IMG/VR virus record: IMGVR_UViG_3300048694_000413
Coordinates: 1-58,382 of that record
From: a virus
Lineage: Duplodnaviria > Caudoviricetes
Direction: 5' to 3' (one strand)
DNA: 58,382 nt
The stretch's first letter is position 1. Every line of letters begins with the position of its first letter. Positions 37,732 to 47,391 of this stretch are shown one piece after another. Under the pieces are notes generated by a model. The model was given only the letters and a program-made list of their open reading frames with translations, was not told the origin of the DNA and searched no databases. Made by a program: the position numbers and the translations under genes.

Positions 37732-38471
37732 TATAGCACCTTAATACCCTTTGCATATTGATCTGATACCTTTTTAATTGCAGTTGAAACATTTGGAGTA
37801 CCAGTTTTATTTGCCTTTAAACTTCTTGCAACCTCTACCTCTAATTTTTTCAAATATCCTGATGACATTAATGCGGCAGAAACATTTGATGGATTTCTAA
37901 ACCATTCCTTTGAATATTTTGTAAATGAACCCTTTACAAACTTTCCCCCAGGATTTCTAACTGATACATAGTATCCCCTAGGGATAAATTTTATTTTTCC
38001 ATCTTTTCCTGGAAATGCTAGAGCCTTGGCATTCTTTGCTGAAATATGTACTGTTTTTCCACTTTCCATAATATCTGCTTTATTTTTAAATACATGTCCA
38101 CCCTTAACTGATTTTCCATTTTTACCTGGACGGCGTAATTGTGGAGATACTGGAACTTCACTTCTGGAATTTAAAAACTTTGTACTAATAGTCAATCTTC
38201 CACCAGATACAGATGTTCTGTTTAATGTAAAAAGCCTTGCAGAATTTGAACCTACTTTATTCCATTCATAAATATGATGCATTGATTGTTTATTTGCTGC
38301 AGCATATCTATTAATCTGTCTGATAAATTCTTTTCCAACAATAACAAAGGCAGCCTTAGCAATTTGTTCACGATTATATGGGGTTATTATTGATGTGACC
38401 CCTTCAACCTTTAATTTTACTTCTCTTAATACTTCATCAAGGCTCTTTTTAGTTATTGTTATATTAGGCAT
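37731..38471 (-). CDS. Basic neck / tail-completion protein
   Basis: Lys/Arg-rich, HHIYEW and KALAF motifs; lies between stopper and terminator genes. Confidence 0.55.
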   Translation of the reverse strand: MPNITITKKSLDEVLREVKLKVEGVTSIITPYNREQIAKAAFVIVGKEFIRQINRYAAANKQSMHHIYEWNKVGSNSARLFTLNRTSVSGGRLTISTKFLNSRSEVPVSPQLRRPGKNGKSVKGGHVFKNKADIMESGKTVHISAKNAKALAFPGKDGKIKFIPRGYYVSVRNPGGKFVKGSFTKYSKEWFRNPSNVSAALMSSGYLKKLEVEVARSLKANKTGTPNVSTAIKKVSDQYAKGIKVL

Positions 38472-38913
38472 TCTGAACCTGTACTCTTCTTAGATTTGAC
38501 TCATAATAAAGAATATTTCCAAATGGGTCTAATCTTGGGTGATGTGATTCAATTTCAAAAATTGTTGCTGGTGAATCAATTTTATCCTGCTCTACAAAGA
38601 GAAGTTCTCCAGCACGATTTTTAATATTTGTAATTCTAAAACGCTTTGAAAGAAGATCTTTTGTTTTCATCTTAATCTTTTCCTCTTCCATATAAACAAA
38701 TCCAAATTGTTTATTGTTGTCAGAAATAGATGCACCAGTTGTGGTAATAATATCTATATGGCAAATAATCTTCTTATTAAATACCCATTCACGATTAATT
38801 GTTCCATGAGTAGAATCCTGAGTTTGTTGCTGTGTATAGATATCGGCAGTCATATTAAGTAGTGCTAGTGATGCTCCACCATATCTGCCGCCATAAATAG
38901 AGCCATATACCAA
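38464..38913 (-). CDS. Head-to-tail stopper
   Basis: Beta-rich 149-aa protein after the adaptor (ADIY..Q...G.I.REW...RITNIK). Confidence 0.6.
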   Translation of the reverse strand: MVYGSIYGGRYGGASLALLNMTADIYTQQQTQDSTHGTINREWVFNKKIICHIDIITTTGASISDNNKQFGFVYMEEEKIKMKTKDLLSKRFRITNIKNRAGELLFVEQDKIDSPATIFEIESHHPRLDPFGNILYYESNLRRVQVQNA

Positions 38914-39849
38914 TTAAATCACCACAATACCAGTAATCTTGAATGGGTCAAGCAGGTCATCTGCTAGAAGGTTACCAGTTCCTGTAAATGCTGTGTCACG
39001 AAGTTCAACACTCATCTGTCCAGTATCAAATTTTCCAATATACTTCTGTCTCCATAGAGAATCATTATGTAGATTATCGCTAATGAGAAGTAGTGCTGCC
39101 TGACGAACTTCAGATGGGACATATTTATATCCGAATACTGCTTCTACTTTTAATCTAGACTTATTTGGAAATCTTAGTTTTTCACCACTCCAATATGCGC
39201 TTGGGGGAAGAACCATAATATCTGATTCAACATTAGTAATTCTAATACCCTGACCAGTTTCAGTTAGTTCAAGGGTGTACCCATACGCATTAAAGTTTGC
39301 ATCAACATCATAAATTAATTCATCATCTTGCCATAACTTTGTAAATGATGTCATACGCTCTGGAAAGATTACAGTATCTGAACCATTTCCATATGAAGTT
39401 TGAGTTCCAGAATATTGACCAAATTTTCTACCAGTATAGTTATTAATTTGAAGTCTTGACATTCTTTCAGCAATTTTTAATTGTCCGATAGGGTAGTAAT
39501 TTAAATCAGTAGGCTCTGCTCCTAATCCCAACTCATCAATTATTTCTGCCATTTCGACATAAATATTTGATACTTGCATTACAGTTGAATCTGTTACAGT
39601 AATACCCTCAAGGGCGTATGACCATTCTACCTTAAGTGCCTTTTCAATTGATGTATCACTTGGATTAAGTTGAACATAGTAGTGTCCAACATCTGAAGTA
39701 TCTATTGTGGCTGTACCACTTCTAATTACGCTATCTGTATCTGCATTCATTACACTAAATATTGGTGCAGCATCTGGAACAGCCAATTCATCATTTTTCT
39801 GTACAAGGATATCAACCTTATGCCAGGTATTGGTTGGAATTTCAATCAT
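38914..39849 (-). CDS. Head-to-tail adaptor (with N-terminal Ig-like domain)
   Basis: INNYTGRKF...FGYKYVPSEVRQAALLL...TGNLLADDLLDPF gp6/gp15-like motifs. Confidence 0.75.
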   Translation of the reverse strand: MIEIPTNTWHKVDILVQKNDELAVPDAAPIFSVMNADTDSVIRSGTATIDTSDVGHYYVQLNPSDTSIEKALKVEWSYALEGITVTDSTVMQVSNIYVEMAEIIDELGLGAEPTDLNYYPIGQLKIAERMSRLQINNYTGRKFGQYSGTQTSYGNGSDTVIFPERMTSFTKLWQDDELIYDVDANFNAYGYTLELTETGQGIRITNVESDIMVLPPSAYWSGEKLRFPNKSRLKVEAVFGYKYVPSEVRQAALLLISDNLHNDSLWRQKYIGKFDTGQMSVELRDTAFTGTGNLLADDLLDPFKITGIVVI

Positions 39850-39857
39850 CTATTCTC

Positions 39858-40256
39858 CTATGAATAGAATTCCTGCACCTCTCGTGGAGTTGCCATGCGG
39901 AACCCTTCTTCGTTATCAAAAATTTCCTGAGCAACATCTTCGGGGATCGCAACAAAAGGATGGTCCCAAGAAAATACATACCCAAAAGTCTGGTATGATG
40001 GATTTTTTCTATCCATCTTGACAAGGACTGTATCCTTTGCCTTTTTCTTTGGTTCTTTCTTAACCTGTGCCACTGGTTCTTCTTCCTCTACTTCTTCCTT
40101 TTCTGAATTAAGGAATGAGTTATACATATCATATGATACTCCTTCTTCTGCAAGGAGTGCCACTAGTTCATTTTTTGTCTTAGCCTCTTCGTGGTCTACT
40201 CCAAATGTTTCGGCTACGATTCTAAGATCTGCAACTTTCATTGCGTCAAAAGACAT
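39858..40256 (-). CDS. Hypothetical protein with Rho-N/HeH-like N-terminus
   Basis: MKVADLRIVAETFGV...KTKNELVALL; C-terminal FRMATPREVQEFYS; follows the capsid gene. Confidence 0.6.
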   Translation of the reverse strand: MSFDAMKVADLRIVAETFGVDHEEAKTKNELVALLAEEGVSYDMYNSFLNSEKEEVEEEEPVAQVKKEPKKKAKDTVLVKMDRKNPSYQTFGYVFSWDHPFVAIPEDVAQEIFDNEEGFRMATPREVQEFYS

Positions 40257-40296
40257 ACTAGTTTCCTTTCTGTGTATACCAATTATACCAGAAAAT

Positions 40297-40336
40297 AATT
40301 AAGGGAGGGATTCCCGAAGAAACCCCTCCCTTAATT
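40297..40336 (-). terminator. Intrinsic terminator after the major capsid gene
   Basis: AATTAAGGGAGGGGTTTC-TTCG-GGAATCCCTCCCTTAATT with a C(UUCG)G tetraloop, then ATTTTC. Confidence 0.88.
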
Positions 40337-40345
40337 GTGAAAATG

Positions 40346-41368
40346 TTAGGATGCAACCTTAACATTCTTGACAACAACATGTGCGTCAAGGTTTTCAATT
40401 GCACAACCAACACGGATGAATAGAGTGTATTCAATTGTGTCCTTCTTTGGCTTGAACTCACGGTATACTGTGACATCACGCTTGATACCCACAATGAAGT
40501 TCTGTGGGAATGTGAGGTGTACCTCACCGTGGTTGCCTGTAGCACCTGAGTATGTACCGCTGCGGGTCTCATCCATTAGAGGCACATTCACAACTGGAAT
40601 ACCAAATGCGAATGGTGTTACTGTACCTGGACCACCGTCATTAGCAGCAACATTACCACGGATAACGCCAGAAGCGATATCGAATGGAGATGAAGCAACA
40701 TTGGTTAGGTCGTATAGGTAATCCTGTACTAGATTTGAACCTGCGAAGAAGCGTAGTTGGTTTCTACGCTGCTTGTACTTACGAGGCAAAGCCTTGAGAG
40801 CACTATTGAATTCTGCACTTGAAAGTGTAGAACCTGCAGCGTCAACAACATGTCCTCCAGCAAGAGCCTTCTTACGGAAGCCGTTAAATGCCTGTAGAAG
40901 ACCATCTGAAGAGTCGGTATCACCATTGATAAGGACATCCTCTACATCGTTGCCAGCCTGTGTTGCCATTAGGCGTGCAATGTGATCTTCAAGGTCGGAT
41001 CCTTCTAGGTTATCCTCTAGAGATTCGCTGGAAAGTTCCCAGTCTAGACGGAGTTTTGTTGTTGTTAGAGAAACCTTACTGAATGTTGCACCAGTGTTTG
41101 TGTACCCTGAAACATAGTTCTGAGGTGCATTTTCTGTTGCTACACGCATGATTCTCTCGCCAACGGCTACCTTATCGATTTCTGTGGTGTTGGAGCGCAT
41201 ACGGATTGTACGAGCAGCCTTTGCAAGGATTGTTGCATCCCACATGTAGTCGATGAAACGGTTAGCCTGATCTGGGTAAAGAAGACCGTGACCATTAGTA
41301 TTGGTTGTGGTTGCATCTGAACCGAGATTGGTTGTATCAATTACTTTTTGTAATAGATCGTTACTCAT
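40346..41368 (-). CDS. Major capsid protein (HK97 fold)
   Basis: GLLYPDQANRFID, KLRLDWELSSESLEDNLEG, INGD; follows the protease/scaffold and is followed by a strong terminator. Confidence 0.92.
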   Translation of the reverse strand: MSNDLLQKVIDTTNLGSDATTTNTNGHGLLYPDQANRFIDYMWDATILAKAARTIRMRSNTTEIDKVAVGERIMRVATENAPQNYVSGYTNTGATFSKVSLTTTKLRLDWELSSESLEDNLEGSDLEDHIARLMATQAGNDVEDVLINGDTDSSDGLLQAFNGFRKKALAGGHVVDAAGSTLSSAEFNSALKALPRKYKQRRNQLRFFAGSNLVQDYLYDLTNVASSPFDIASGVIRGNVAANDGGPGTVTPFAFGIPVVNVPLMDETRSGTYSGATGNHGEVHLTFPQNFIVGIKRDVTVYREFKPKKDTIEYTLFIRVGCAIENLDAHVVVKNVKVAS

Positions 41369-41373
41369 ATTTA

Positions 41374-41392
41374 ATTTTTCACCTACCTTTTT
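41374..41392 (-). repeat. 19-nt leader/SD element, copy 2 (major capsid gene)
   Basis: AAAAAGGTAGGTGAAAAAT, identical to 37134-37152. Confidence 0.85.
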
Positions 41393-41401
41393 TTAATTAG
41401 A

Positions 41402-41902
41402 TTATAGATCGTTGATTCCGAGGAAGGAACCTTTCCAGAAACCATCATTATTATCTGATTTCTTTAGTGATCCGAATGACTCAGTGGCTTGGTCATTGGA
41501 CTTCTTTACTGCAGTGGCTGACTCACATGCAGAGATTCTTGCGCTCATAGCACCCATCTCTGACTTCATGGTCTCCATTGCCTTCATCATTTCACCATGC
41601 TTATCAGTCATTTCTGACTTAGCCATGCCTATCTGACGAGTAAGTTCTGCGATAATTTCTTCGACACTTGGTGTATCCATTGCCTTAGAAATTGTTTCTT
41701 CGATATAAGTTTTAATGCCGCTTAGCATTTTTTCAAATTCAGAATCCTCTGCTGCTTCTTCTGCAACTTCTGAATCTTCTGGGTCAGCAGACTTTTCAAG
41801 TTCTGACTCTCCTGCTTCTTCAACTGGAGCCTCTTCTACTGTTGACTCTTCAACAACTTCTTCGACTTCATCTGCGGCTGGTACTTCTAGTTCATCTGAC
41901 AT
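41402..41902 (-). CDS. Nested scaffolding protein (in-frame internal start, 166 aa)
   Basis: AGGAGG at 41915-41910, 7 nt before in-frame ATG 41902 (MSDELEV). Confidence 0.65.
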   Translation of the reverse strand: MSDELEVPAADEVEEVVEESTVEEAPVEEAGESELEKSADPEDSEVAEEAAEDSEFEKMLSGIKTYIEETISKAMDTPSVEEIIAELTRQIGMAKSEMTDKHGEMMKAMETMKSEMGAMSARISACESATAVKKSNDQATESFGSLKKSDNNDGFWKGSFLGINDL

Positions 41903-42658
41903 ATCATTACCTCCTTCTCCAGTAATATCTTTTGCAATGTAGTTATTTACAGTCTTCTCAATATCGGTTGATTTTGTTTCAACTGAATCTTCAATCCATC
42001 CGATACTCTTCATATCATTTGAACATACATCACACTTAAGAGATTCTGAAGCATCTGTTGTTGCAATTTGATCTGAGTCACAGTAGAAAACATTAACTGT
42101 CTTTACAGTTGTAGCCATTCCTGTAACCTTGAAGCCAATATCTGACTTCTGGATTGAGAATACATTTGCAAACTGATTTGCTGGATTATCAACAAGGGAT
42201 AACTCTACTAGGTCGTAGTCCTTGATAATTCTGATTGGTCCGTCATGGTCATCATGAGCCATAACTGTATCGGTCTTATTAATGCTACCACCGATTGAGA
42301 AGCCTGAAAGGGTTCCATCAAGGACTTTCTCCCATGTGTCCTGTGCGCCCTTAGAAACATAGACATCAACAAATACTCCACTATAGTTTTTCTTTGTTTC
42401 GCTATCATAAAAATCTTTTTGCTTGAATGATACTACCTTGCCAACTGCAATTGGCTGGTGCATCTCACGAATATTTCCACGGAAACGGGTAAAGGCATCC
42501 ATACTTGCTGATGTATCTACGATATCACCGTGCTTATCAACATTATCAAGAGTGGCAAAACCAGATACGATTCTGCGCTCTTTGTCTACCTTAACAAATG
42601 GTACTGACAATGACATTTCATTGCCGTCTGTTACCCAATATGACTTTTTCAATTCCAT
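41402..42658 (-). CDS. Prohead protease fused to scaffold
   Basis: IREMHQP, LSGFSIGG, ELSLVDNPANQ (HK97/S78-type protease), then an acidic coiled-coil C-terminus. Confidence 0.9.
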   Translation of the reverse strand: MELKKSYWVTDGNEMSLSVPFVKVDKERRIVSGFATLDNVDKHGDIVDTSASMDAFTRFRGNIREMHQPIAVGKVVSFKQKDFYDSETKKNYSGVFVDVYVSKGAQDTWEKVLDGTLSGFSIGGSINKTDTVMAHDDHDGPIRIIKDYDLVELSLVDNPANQFANVFSIQKSDIGFKVTGMATTVKTVNVFYCDSDQIATTDASESLKCDVCSNDMKSIGWIEDSVETKSTDIEKTVNNYIAKDITGEGGNDMSDELEVPAADEVEEVVEESTVEEAPVEEAGESELEKSADPEDSEVAEEAAEDSEFEKMLSGIKTYIEETISKAMDTPSVEEIIAELTRQIGMAKSEMTDKHGEMMKAMETMKSEMGAMSARISACESATAVKKSNDQATESFGSLKKSDNNDGFWKGSFLGINDL

Positions 42659-42667
42659 AGTAAATTA

Positions 42668-42694
42668 ATAATACCAACATAAACGATAAATACA
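42668..42694 (-). promoter_or_regulatory. Putative late-class promoter (protease-capsid unit)
   Basis: TGTATT-N12-TGGTATTAT, 9 nt before the ATG. Confidence 0.65.
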
Positions 42695-42713
42695 AAATAT
42701 TTACTATATTTTT

Positions 42714-44387
42714 TTATGCTTGTTGGCGACCTTCTCCTTTAGGATTTCTTGCTTCACCGCTTGTATCTGGTGAATTAGCCTGTCTTTGTTGACTTCTTTG
42801 ACGGTTTCCTGTTGCATTAGCAGTTGCATCTGCAGCCTGTTGACCTGTTAGTTTAACTGGAACATCTCCTCCATCTAAAGGAACCATTCCCTTTCTAATT
42901 CTAACATCATTAGGAACAATTACCTGCATTCTTAGATAACGCTCATCAATCTTAGACTGTGTATCTTCGTCAGTAAGAGTAAGTTCATTGAACTTAATAA
43001 GGAACATATCTGTAAATTCTTTTACAATTCTATTTAACTTATGCTCAAAATTATCCTGCTCTGGACGAGTTACCTGCTCACGGAATGTCTTATCAGCATC
43101 ACGAGCATTGGCAAGTGAGATACCTGCCATTAGAGAAACCTTTGTTAGTGGAACACGATGAGCCATGAGAATTTCAATCTTATTATCCTGGCGGTATGTA
43201 TGGAATGATGAATCCTGTACATCTGCCTCTACTGGCTCCATCTTAAATTCTACTTTTGAAGTTCCCTCATCTGCTGGAAGAGGAATATAGAGTGAACGAT
43301 GATTCTGTCCCTTAAGTCCAGTTTGGAAAAACTCTAGAAGTTTGCGCTCTGAATCAGCATTAAGTTTTGCACCCTTTACAGTAATAATGTAACGAGGAAC
43401 AGCCTTATTTTCAAAGTAATCGATATTAAACTTTGATGCAAACTGGTCACCAGCAATAGCATTTGTTGCTGGAATAATATCTGGAATTCCATAATAAAAG
43501 TTTGTTGGAGTGTACTTCTTTATATGAATGACTTCATTTGGATTTGGGTCATCGCCAATTTGATCTGGAGTATCCTTATCTCCAAAATTGCGGAAAAACA
43601 TTGTACGATAATTTACAATTTGTACAAATCCATCACGCTTACGACGAATACGCATCGTTGTGGCTGGAATATGACCTAAGTATCCAATTTCACCATTAGC
43701 CTTACGACCAACTTCAAGATAGCAGTTACCTGTGACCTCGTAGTCAATATAAGCCTTCTTTAAGGTATCTAGAAGCGTGTCTTCAATATTTAAATCGCCT
43801 ACACGCTGTTTAAGGGCTTCTTTAGCCTTTGCAATTTTACGACGAAATCTCTGAATAGATTCAATCTGCTCATCTGGAATCTCATCAAGTTTTGCAAGGA
43901 CTGCGGCAGTTTCAATAAAATCATACCCAAGACCTACAACATTTGAAGTCTTAGCCTGAACAGCGGCATAATGTGCTGAATTAATTTCATAAATCTTTGC
44001 AAGGTAGTCCATATTGTAAGTTGGAATAACAACATTGAATAATGCATAGGCAGTTACTTCTACTGGCTCAAGTTTTTTAGATTTTACCCCATCTTTACCC
44101 TGTGCCTGATTAACTCCTGGAGTTGTAGGAAGATTCATGCCACCATTTGTTGAGCCACCACCTGCGAAAGTTGGTCCAACATTTATTTGTTTTGCAGCCT
44201 TTTCAATATCACGATTCATCTTACGACGGAAGTTATGACCTAATCCAGTAAGTTTTGACAAGTCCTCACCAGAAATGGCAAAGGGGTCAGATTCAGAATC
44301 TGTATCTATTGACTTTCTAAATGATAATGTTCCAATATTAATGTAATCATCATCACGATCATCGTCTGCTCTAACGACCCCTGGCAT
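42714..44387 (-). CDS. Portal protein
   Basis: TGNCYLEV, NEVIHIK, YYGIPD, YFENKAVP, ILMAHRVP, PNDVR...PLDGGD HK97/PBSX-type portal motifs. Confidence 0.93.
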   Translation of the reverse strand: MPGVVRADDDRDDDYINIGTLSFRKSIDTDSESDPFAISGEDLSKLTGLGHNFRRKMNRDIEKAAKQINVGPTFAGGGSTNGGMNLPTTPGVNQAQGKDGVKSKKLEPVEVTAYALFNVVIPTYNMDYLAKIYEINSAHYAAVQAKTSNVVGLGYDFIETAAVLAKLDEIPDEQIESIQRFRRKIAKAKEALKQRVGDLNIEDTLLDTLKKAYIDYEVTGNCYLEVGRKANGEIGYLGHIPATTMRIRRKRDGFVQIVNYRTMFFRNFGDKDTPDQIGDDPNPNEVIHIKKYTPTNFYYGIPDIIPATNAIAGDQFASKFNIDYFENKAVPRYIITVKGAKLNADSERKLLEFFQTGLKGQNHRSLYIPLPADEGTSKVEFKMEPVEADVQDSSFHTYRQDNKIEILMAHRVPLTKVSLMAGISLANARDADKTFREQVTRPEQDNFEHKLNRIVKEFTDMFLIKFNELTLTDEDTQSKIDERYLRMQVIVPNDVRIRKGMVPLDGGDVPVKLTGQQAADATANATGNRQRSQQRQANSPDTSGEARNPKGEGRQQA

Positions 44388-44721
44388 TCTTTACCTCCAA
44401 CTGCTTTTGTTCCTCTTGGAATGCAGCAATATCTAATTCATCTGGGATAAGTCCCCATTCAAGTCTTTGTCTCTGGTATTCATATTCTTCATCAGTAACC
44501 TGACGATATCCAGACATCCATAATGGCTTTCCGCCATGTACTCCACATTCAATTGCTGCTAATTTAAGCAACATGATACGCTGCTCGTCACCTTTAAATG
44601 ATTGAATAGAAAGGTAATTGCCATTTTCATCGGTAACTACGGCTCCATCTTCTGTCTGCCATAGATAAACACCACGAAGTGACTCCTCTACTACACTAAC
44701 CTTCATTTTTCTATTTTTCAT
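44371..44721 (-). CDS. Conserved hypothetical protein preceding the portal
   Basis: GVYLW...D..GNYLSI...EEYEYQRQRLEWGLIPD; apparently leaderless start. Confidence 0.65.
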   Translation of the reverse strand: MKNRKMKVSVVEESLRGVYLWQTEDGAVVTDENGNYLSIQSFKGDEQRIMLLKLAAIECGVHGGKPLWMSGYRQVTDEEYEYQRQRLEWGLIPDELDIAAFQEEQKQLEVKNARGR

Positions 44722-44727
44722 ACCATC

Positions 44728-44754
44728 ATTCTACCATTCTTAGTAAAAAATACA
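44728..44754 (-). promoter_or_regulatory. Putative late-class promoter (portal unit), leaderless
   Basis: TGTATT-N12-TGGTAGAAT, 6 nt before ATG 44721. Confidence 0.65.
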
Positions 44755-44759
44755 GAATA

Positions 44760-47138
44760 TTAATCAGCAATTGCTGAATATATTCTCCATCTTGATGCCT
44801 CTACTGCTGCTGAATCAGCGTTAAGCATATATTGCGTGTCTGTTATAACCTGATAATTTCTTCCAAGTTTTAGTCTGTATTTCTTTGTTGCAAATGCTTC
44901 ATTCTTGGCATCTGAATAAATGCAAAGGTCGCCTATCGTTGTATGAGCATGAAAAGAATAATTGTGTTTTGCATTTAAATAAATTTTAACAGTTTTTGTA
45001 GTATTAAGTACAACCATTGCATGGTATATTTCTCCAAGTACAAGTGTCTTAGACCCACTTGTATATTCATATCCATTTATATAAACTTTTGAAATATCAC
45101 TACCAGTATATGTTAATACTAAACTTGCATCATGTATGAGAGATGCATTTACTGTATTATCTGTATCAAAGATGTAGTTATTAGTAGCCCCCGCATTTGT
45201 ATCTACTCTAAACCAAAATTCTATTGTTTGATAATCATATCCAACTGTAACTTCAGCCATTCCTGGAACCTGATTTGAATTATTAGTTGGTGGTTCAAAA
45301 TGTATGCCAAAATTTTTATCTCTTGATAATAAATTAAAATTCTTTGGTTTTATATTATATGTATGAGTTACTGTTCCATCAATATATTCTTTAATTGAAA
45401 AAACTTTTCCATGTGAAAAAGAATTAAGGGTCTGATATGTAATTAATTCCATTCGACCAATTTGTGGTCTAACATTATAACTTTCAATTGATTCCATTGT
45501 AATTTTTAAGAAGTATGAAGTTCCAGTTGTATTAATAGCAAGTCCTGGAATTTGTTCTCCAACAGTTCCCTGTTGTATCCATGTTGAAGCATCAGTAGAT
45601 CCATAAATTTTTATATTATTTGAATTTCCATCATGAAATAGTCTTGTTGCATTTATTGTAATATCTGAACTTATTGGAAGAATTGTTTGCCATTCTCCAT
45701 ATTGTGATATATTTAAATTACTTATTAATTTTATACTAAGATTACCTGTATTTGTAAGATCAGATAATCTTGAGTCATCTTTATAAAATACTGAAAAATT
45801 CTTAACTGGTACTGATGAAGCATATGGAGAATTTGATGTATCATCATAATAGTTTCCTAGGAATAGTGATGACTTATACATAATAAGATTTCCATTTGTT
45901 AAAGTATTTGATGACGATGTTGAATTTACTGTTAATGTAATAATTCCAGAAGTAATTGATATAATAACATTATTCCATGTTCCTGTTGTAAGTGAACCTA
46001 CAGAAGCATTTACTGCTGAATCACCACTAGCCTTTAATTTTAATGATAAAGAGTTTGCTGGTTTTACTAATGCTAAAGTTCCAATTGATAATCCATTAAT
46101 AGAAAATATTGGTTTTTCAGATGTCTCACTTGTCACATAAACTTGACATGTAATTACTTCTTCTTGTGGATTAAAATACTGTTCAAAGGATTGTAGTTGT
46201 GCTGAATCGCCACTAGCATTAATTTTAAACCCATTTGAATAATCTGGATTAATTGCAAATGTGGATGGGTTATACATAGAAAGTGGAGCAATTCTTCTTA
46301 CTGTAAGGGAATTACCATTAACTATTAGATTTTTTAATGTACCACCTGTCCATGAACTGTTGCTCTCAAATAAAAACTTTTGAGATACTTTTCCATCTTC
46401 TTTCCCGCCAGAATAATAACCACCATTATTTTGAATAACATATGATTCTGGATTTCTATCCGTTAAGGCTAATTTAATTCTTCCATTAATTTGTTCAGCA
46501 TTTAAAAGATATGTGTAAAAGGCAATACAATCAATAATAAAATAATCTGGTGATGTAGCAGGACCGAATACGAAATTATTTGAACTTCCAGAAAAATATG
46601 AAGCACTATTCATATTTATTCTAGTTGATGGAACACCATTAACTGAAAAATATGCCGATCTATTTGAATAATAAATAGCAACATGCATTTGAGATAAATA
46701 TGTATCTACATCAAGATAGCATGAGTAGGTAAATCCAGATGAATCAGTTATAGATAGGGTAGCAGCATTTTGAGATAAATTAAAAGTTATACCGCTTCCA
46801 ATAGAGAGCACATTTGTATTATTTGGAATATTATCAAATGCTAACCAGAATTCTATGCAGAATTTTGATGATTCTGTATTTGTATTAAATACATTGTAAA
46901 CATTTGATATAGTAAGTTTACTGGTTGCTCCTGTATTTATTCTTACCGCATTTGTCCCTCCAGTGCAAATTGGTAAAACATCATTATAAACTGCACCTGC
47001 GCCTATTGTTAAATTGTTAAAACTTCTAACTCCAGATGTGCTAAAATATCCAGATGAGTAATCATCCACAATGTCGGGGGAATCAAGAATCCAAAAACCT
47101 ACTGGATTATCTCTAATTACTGCATCTTGATATGTCAT
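44760..47138 (-). CDS. LamG/concanavalin A-like multi-domain virion protein
   Basis: YQDAVIRDNPVGFWILD, FCIEFW, HVAIYY, IDCIAFY and a second TIEFWFR LamG-like unit. Confidence 0.72.
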   Translation of the reverse strand: MTYQDAVIRDNPVGFWILDSPDIVDDYSSGYFSTSGVRSFNNLTIGAGAVYNDVLPICTGGTNAVRINTGATSKLTISNVYNVFNTNTESSKFCIEFWLAFDNIPNNTNVLSIGSGITFNLSQNAATLSITDSSGFTYSCYLDVDTYLSQMHVAIYYSNRSAYFSVNGVPSTRINMNSASYFSGSSNNFVFGPATSPDYFIIDCIAFYTYLLNAEQINGRIKLALTDRNPESYVIQNNGGYYSGGKEDGKVSQKFLFESNSSWTGGTLKNLIVNGNSLTVRRIAPLSMYNPSTFAINPDYSNGFKINASGDSAQLQSFEQYFNPQEEVITCQVYVTSETSEKPIFSINGLSIGTLALVKPANSLSLKLKASGDSAVNASVGSLTTGTWNNVIISITSGIITLTVNSTSSSNTLTNGNLIMYKSSLFLGNYYDDTSNSPYASSVPVKNFSVFYKDDSRLSDLTNTGNLSIKLISNLNISQYGEWQTILPISSDITINATRLFHDGNSNNIKIYGSTDASTWIQQGTVGEQIPGLAINTTGTSYFLKITMESIESYNVRPQIGRMELITYQTLNSFSHGKVFSIKEYIDGTVTHTYNIKPKNFNLLSRDKNFGIHFEPPTNNSNQVPGMAEVTVGYDYQTIEFWFRVDTNAGATNNYIFDTDNTVNASLIHDASLVLTYTGSDISKVYINGYEYTSGSKTLVLGEIYHAMVVLNTTKTVKIYLNAKHNYSFHAHTTIGDLCIYSDAKNEAFATKKYRLKLGRNYQVITDTQYMLNADSAAVEASRWRIYSAIAD

Positions 47139-47184
47139 TATAAGCCTATTTAATAATATTTAACGAAAAATCGTTATTATACTA

Positions 47185-47382
47185 TTATACACTACCTATA
47201 TCTTCTGTTATAACAGGAGGACTAAAAAGCCCAGTTTGTTCATCATATATATATCCAATACCCGCTGGATTTTCAAAAGTATACTCAATAAGTTTTAATC
47301 CTAGATCTTCTGATACTGAAATATCATCAGCAACTATACAATTTGTTACTAATATTCCAGACATCACTGCAAATGTTTTCAT
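47185..47382 (-). CDS. Small partner protein of the glycine-rich fibres
   Basis: FAV...VTNCIVAD...AGIGYIYD...FSPP pattern, usually found after Gly-rich phage proteins; AGGAG SD. Confidence 0.65.
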   Translation of the reverse strand: MKTFAVMSGILVTNCIVADDISVSEDLGLKLIEYTFENPAGIGYIYDEQTGLFSPPVITEDIGSV

Positions 47383-47391
47383 AATTTCTCC

